DNA from: an uncultured Hormoscilla sp.
Lineage (GTDB): Bacteria; Cyanobacteriota; Cyanobacteriia; Cyanobacteriales; Desertifilaceae
NCBI GenBank assembly: GCA_963921275.4
Contig: OZ001293.3
Location: forward strand, 3,968,001 to 4,032,000
Length of the DNA stretch: 64,000 nucleotides
Direction: 5' to 3'
Position numbers and translations under genes: made by a program. The notes beneath the pieces were generated by a model. It was not told the origin of the DNA and did not search any database. It saw only the letters and a program-made list of their open reading frames with translations. Numbering within the stretch: the stretch's first letter is position 1; the number at the start of each line of letters is the position of its first letter. Shown here piece by piece: positions 62,637-64,000 of this stretch.

Positions 62637-63648
62637 ACTCAAGTTGCGACCTATAAAAATTGGATACAAAAAGCTATGATAAAGAGAATTATTTTCAACT
62701 CTAATCCCTTAGATGTAACAGCATGAATTGACTTGAGAAACAAATTTGTGATTCGACTAAAACAGGTTTCAACTTGTTTTCTTGTTACTTTTTGTATATA
62801 TTCAAAACAAGAATATTCTTTTCTTTTTGAGTTCTTTTTTCGCAAAGGTTTTAACATTATACTTTACGACTCTTTTAGTAAATACTCTAATTGATAATCA
62901 TTATAAGCTTTATCTCCATAAACTATTGAATTTGATGGTAAGTCAAAGCCAAAAGATTGCAAAACTTTAACATCATTATAACTACCAGGATCTAGATAAA
63001 ATTTTATTGGCTTTCCATTTTTGTTTACCAACATATGAACTCTTAATCCATAAAAATAACGTTTTTTACTGGCAATATAGCCTCGATATTCTTCCTTGTT
63101 ATAAATTTGGCATCTATCAATCCTAATATTATCACATACTGGCACCGGGAAACTATCAAGAATATATTCTTGACCCGGATTGAGCTCTTTAAATGTTTGA
63201 GCTATAACTTGGAAGAAAAACATCCAAATTAATTCGTCAATATTGTGTAATCGACGATTGAACCTACTTTTACTTAACAGATTTTTTATATACTTGTGTT
63301 CGACCATAAATTGACAAGAGCGATCGTGGTGTCCTCCGAAAAAATATGCAGCAACTAATCCGACTGTCATCACTTCGGCATTGTTCATTTTTACTTGTGG
63401 ATCTTCTTTTATATTTAACGCTTTTAGTAGCTCGTCACAAAGAACAAAAATTGTTGTAATCATATCTTCCATCATCTACATCCCCCAGCAATTAACTATT
63501 ATTTTAGTACATTATAACCTATAAACAGCCAACCCGCCGTCTAGCACAAAAAAAATATAATTTTGTATTAAAAGCTACGAAATATCCCAAATATCTGTAA
63601 AGTCTAAGTGGGTAATTCATATTTTTTTTAATAGGTCGCAACTTAGGT
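62637..63648 (-). mobile_element. IS982-family insertion sequence, second copy; transposase (62651-63475) has a nonsense mutation
   Basis: Same TIRs as 35292-36303, target duplication TACATA, TCA-to-TAA change at 62864-62866. Confidence 0.95.
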
Positions 63649-63845
63649 TACATAGTGGCGCGTAATACTAATATTACGTGTTACGTGTAATTATTTATAA
63701 TACAAATTCGGGTGGTAGCCGCTTACCAACCGGTGAAATCGTCATAATTTCACCCTTTCTTGACCAACTGGTTTTGACCACACCCGGGAGACTCTATCCC
63801 CCAACCCCCAACTGAAGTGAAGTGCCGCACTCAGTCAGAAAAATG

Positions 63846-63995
63846 CCTGACTGAGTAGGAGTTGTACCTGACTACTGAGGGGAAGTGCCTGACTACTGAG
63901 GGGAAGTGCCTGACTACTGAGGGGAAGCGCCTGACTACTGAGGGGAAGCGCCTGACTACTGAGGGGAGGTACCTGAATCATTCGGAGAAGTCCCT
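63846..63995. repeat. 21-bp tandem array (CCTGACTACTGAGGGGAAG(T/C)G)
   Basis: Five near-perfect units plus degenerate flanking units; may continue past the window end. Confidence 0.9.
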
Positions 63996-64000
63996 AAATC

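Overview
This is a cyanobacterial chromosome segment: the HIP1 octamer GCGATCGC is abundant, and cyAbrB, PedR-like, DUF29, Uma2 and DUF4347 genes are present. The gene content is typical of a filamentous Oscillatoriales-type genome. It mixes housekeeping genes (cbiB, pyrR, fni, sppA, hisS, PfkB kinase, ArnT-like transferase) with heavy mobile-element load and gene decay. That load includes four group II introns (one nested antisense inside another), two IS982 copies with their own 6-bp target duplications, IS630 and ISAzo13 relics, many REP/MITE-like palindromes, three 21-bp tandem arrays and many pseudogenes. The strongest candidate for an undescribed system is the co-oriented cluster at 38488-49434 directly after hisS. 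It has a ZorA/MotA-like channel protein with a long coiled-coil tail, a ZorB/MotB-OmpA partner, a dynamin-like GTPase, a second small P-loop GTPase, and two membrane-anchored paralogues with constant N-termini and variable C-termini. A zorB remnant and a second zorA-like gene follow. This looks like a Zorya-like ion motor coupled to a double-GTPase module instead of ZorC/D/E. A toxin-antitoxin and restriction island follows at about 53-63 kb. All family assignments come from motif recognition by eye; no database searches were run.
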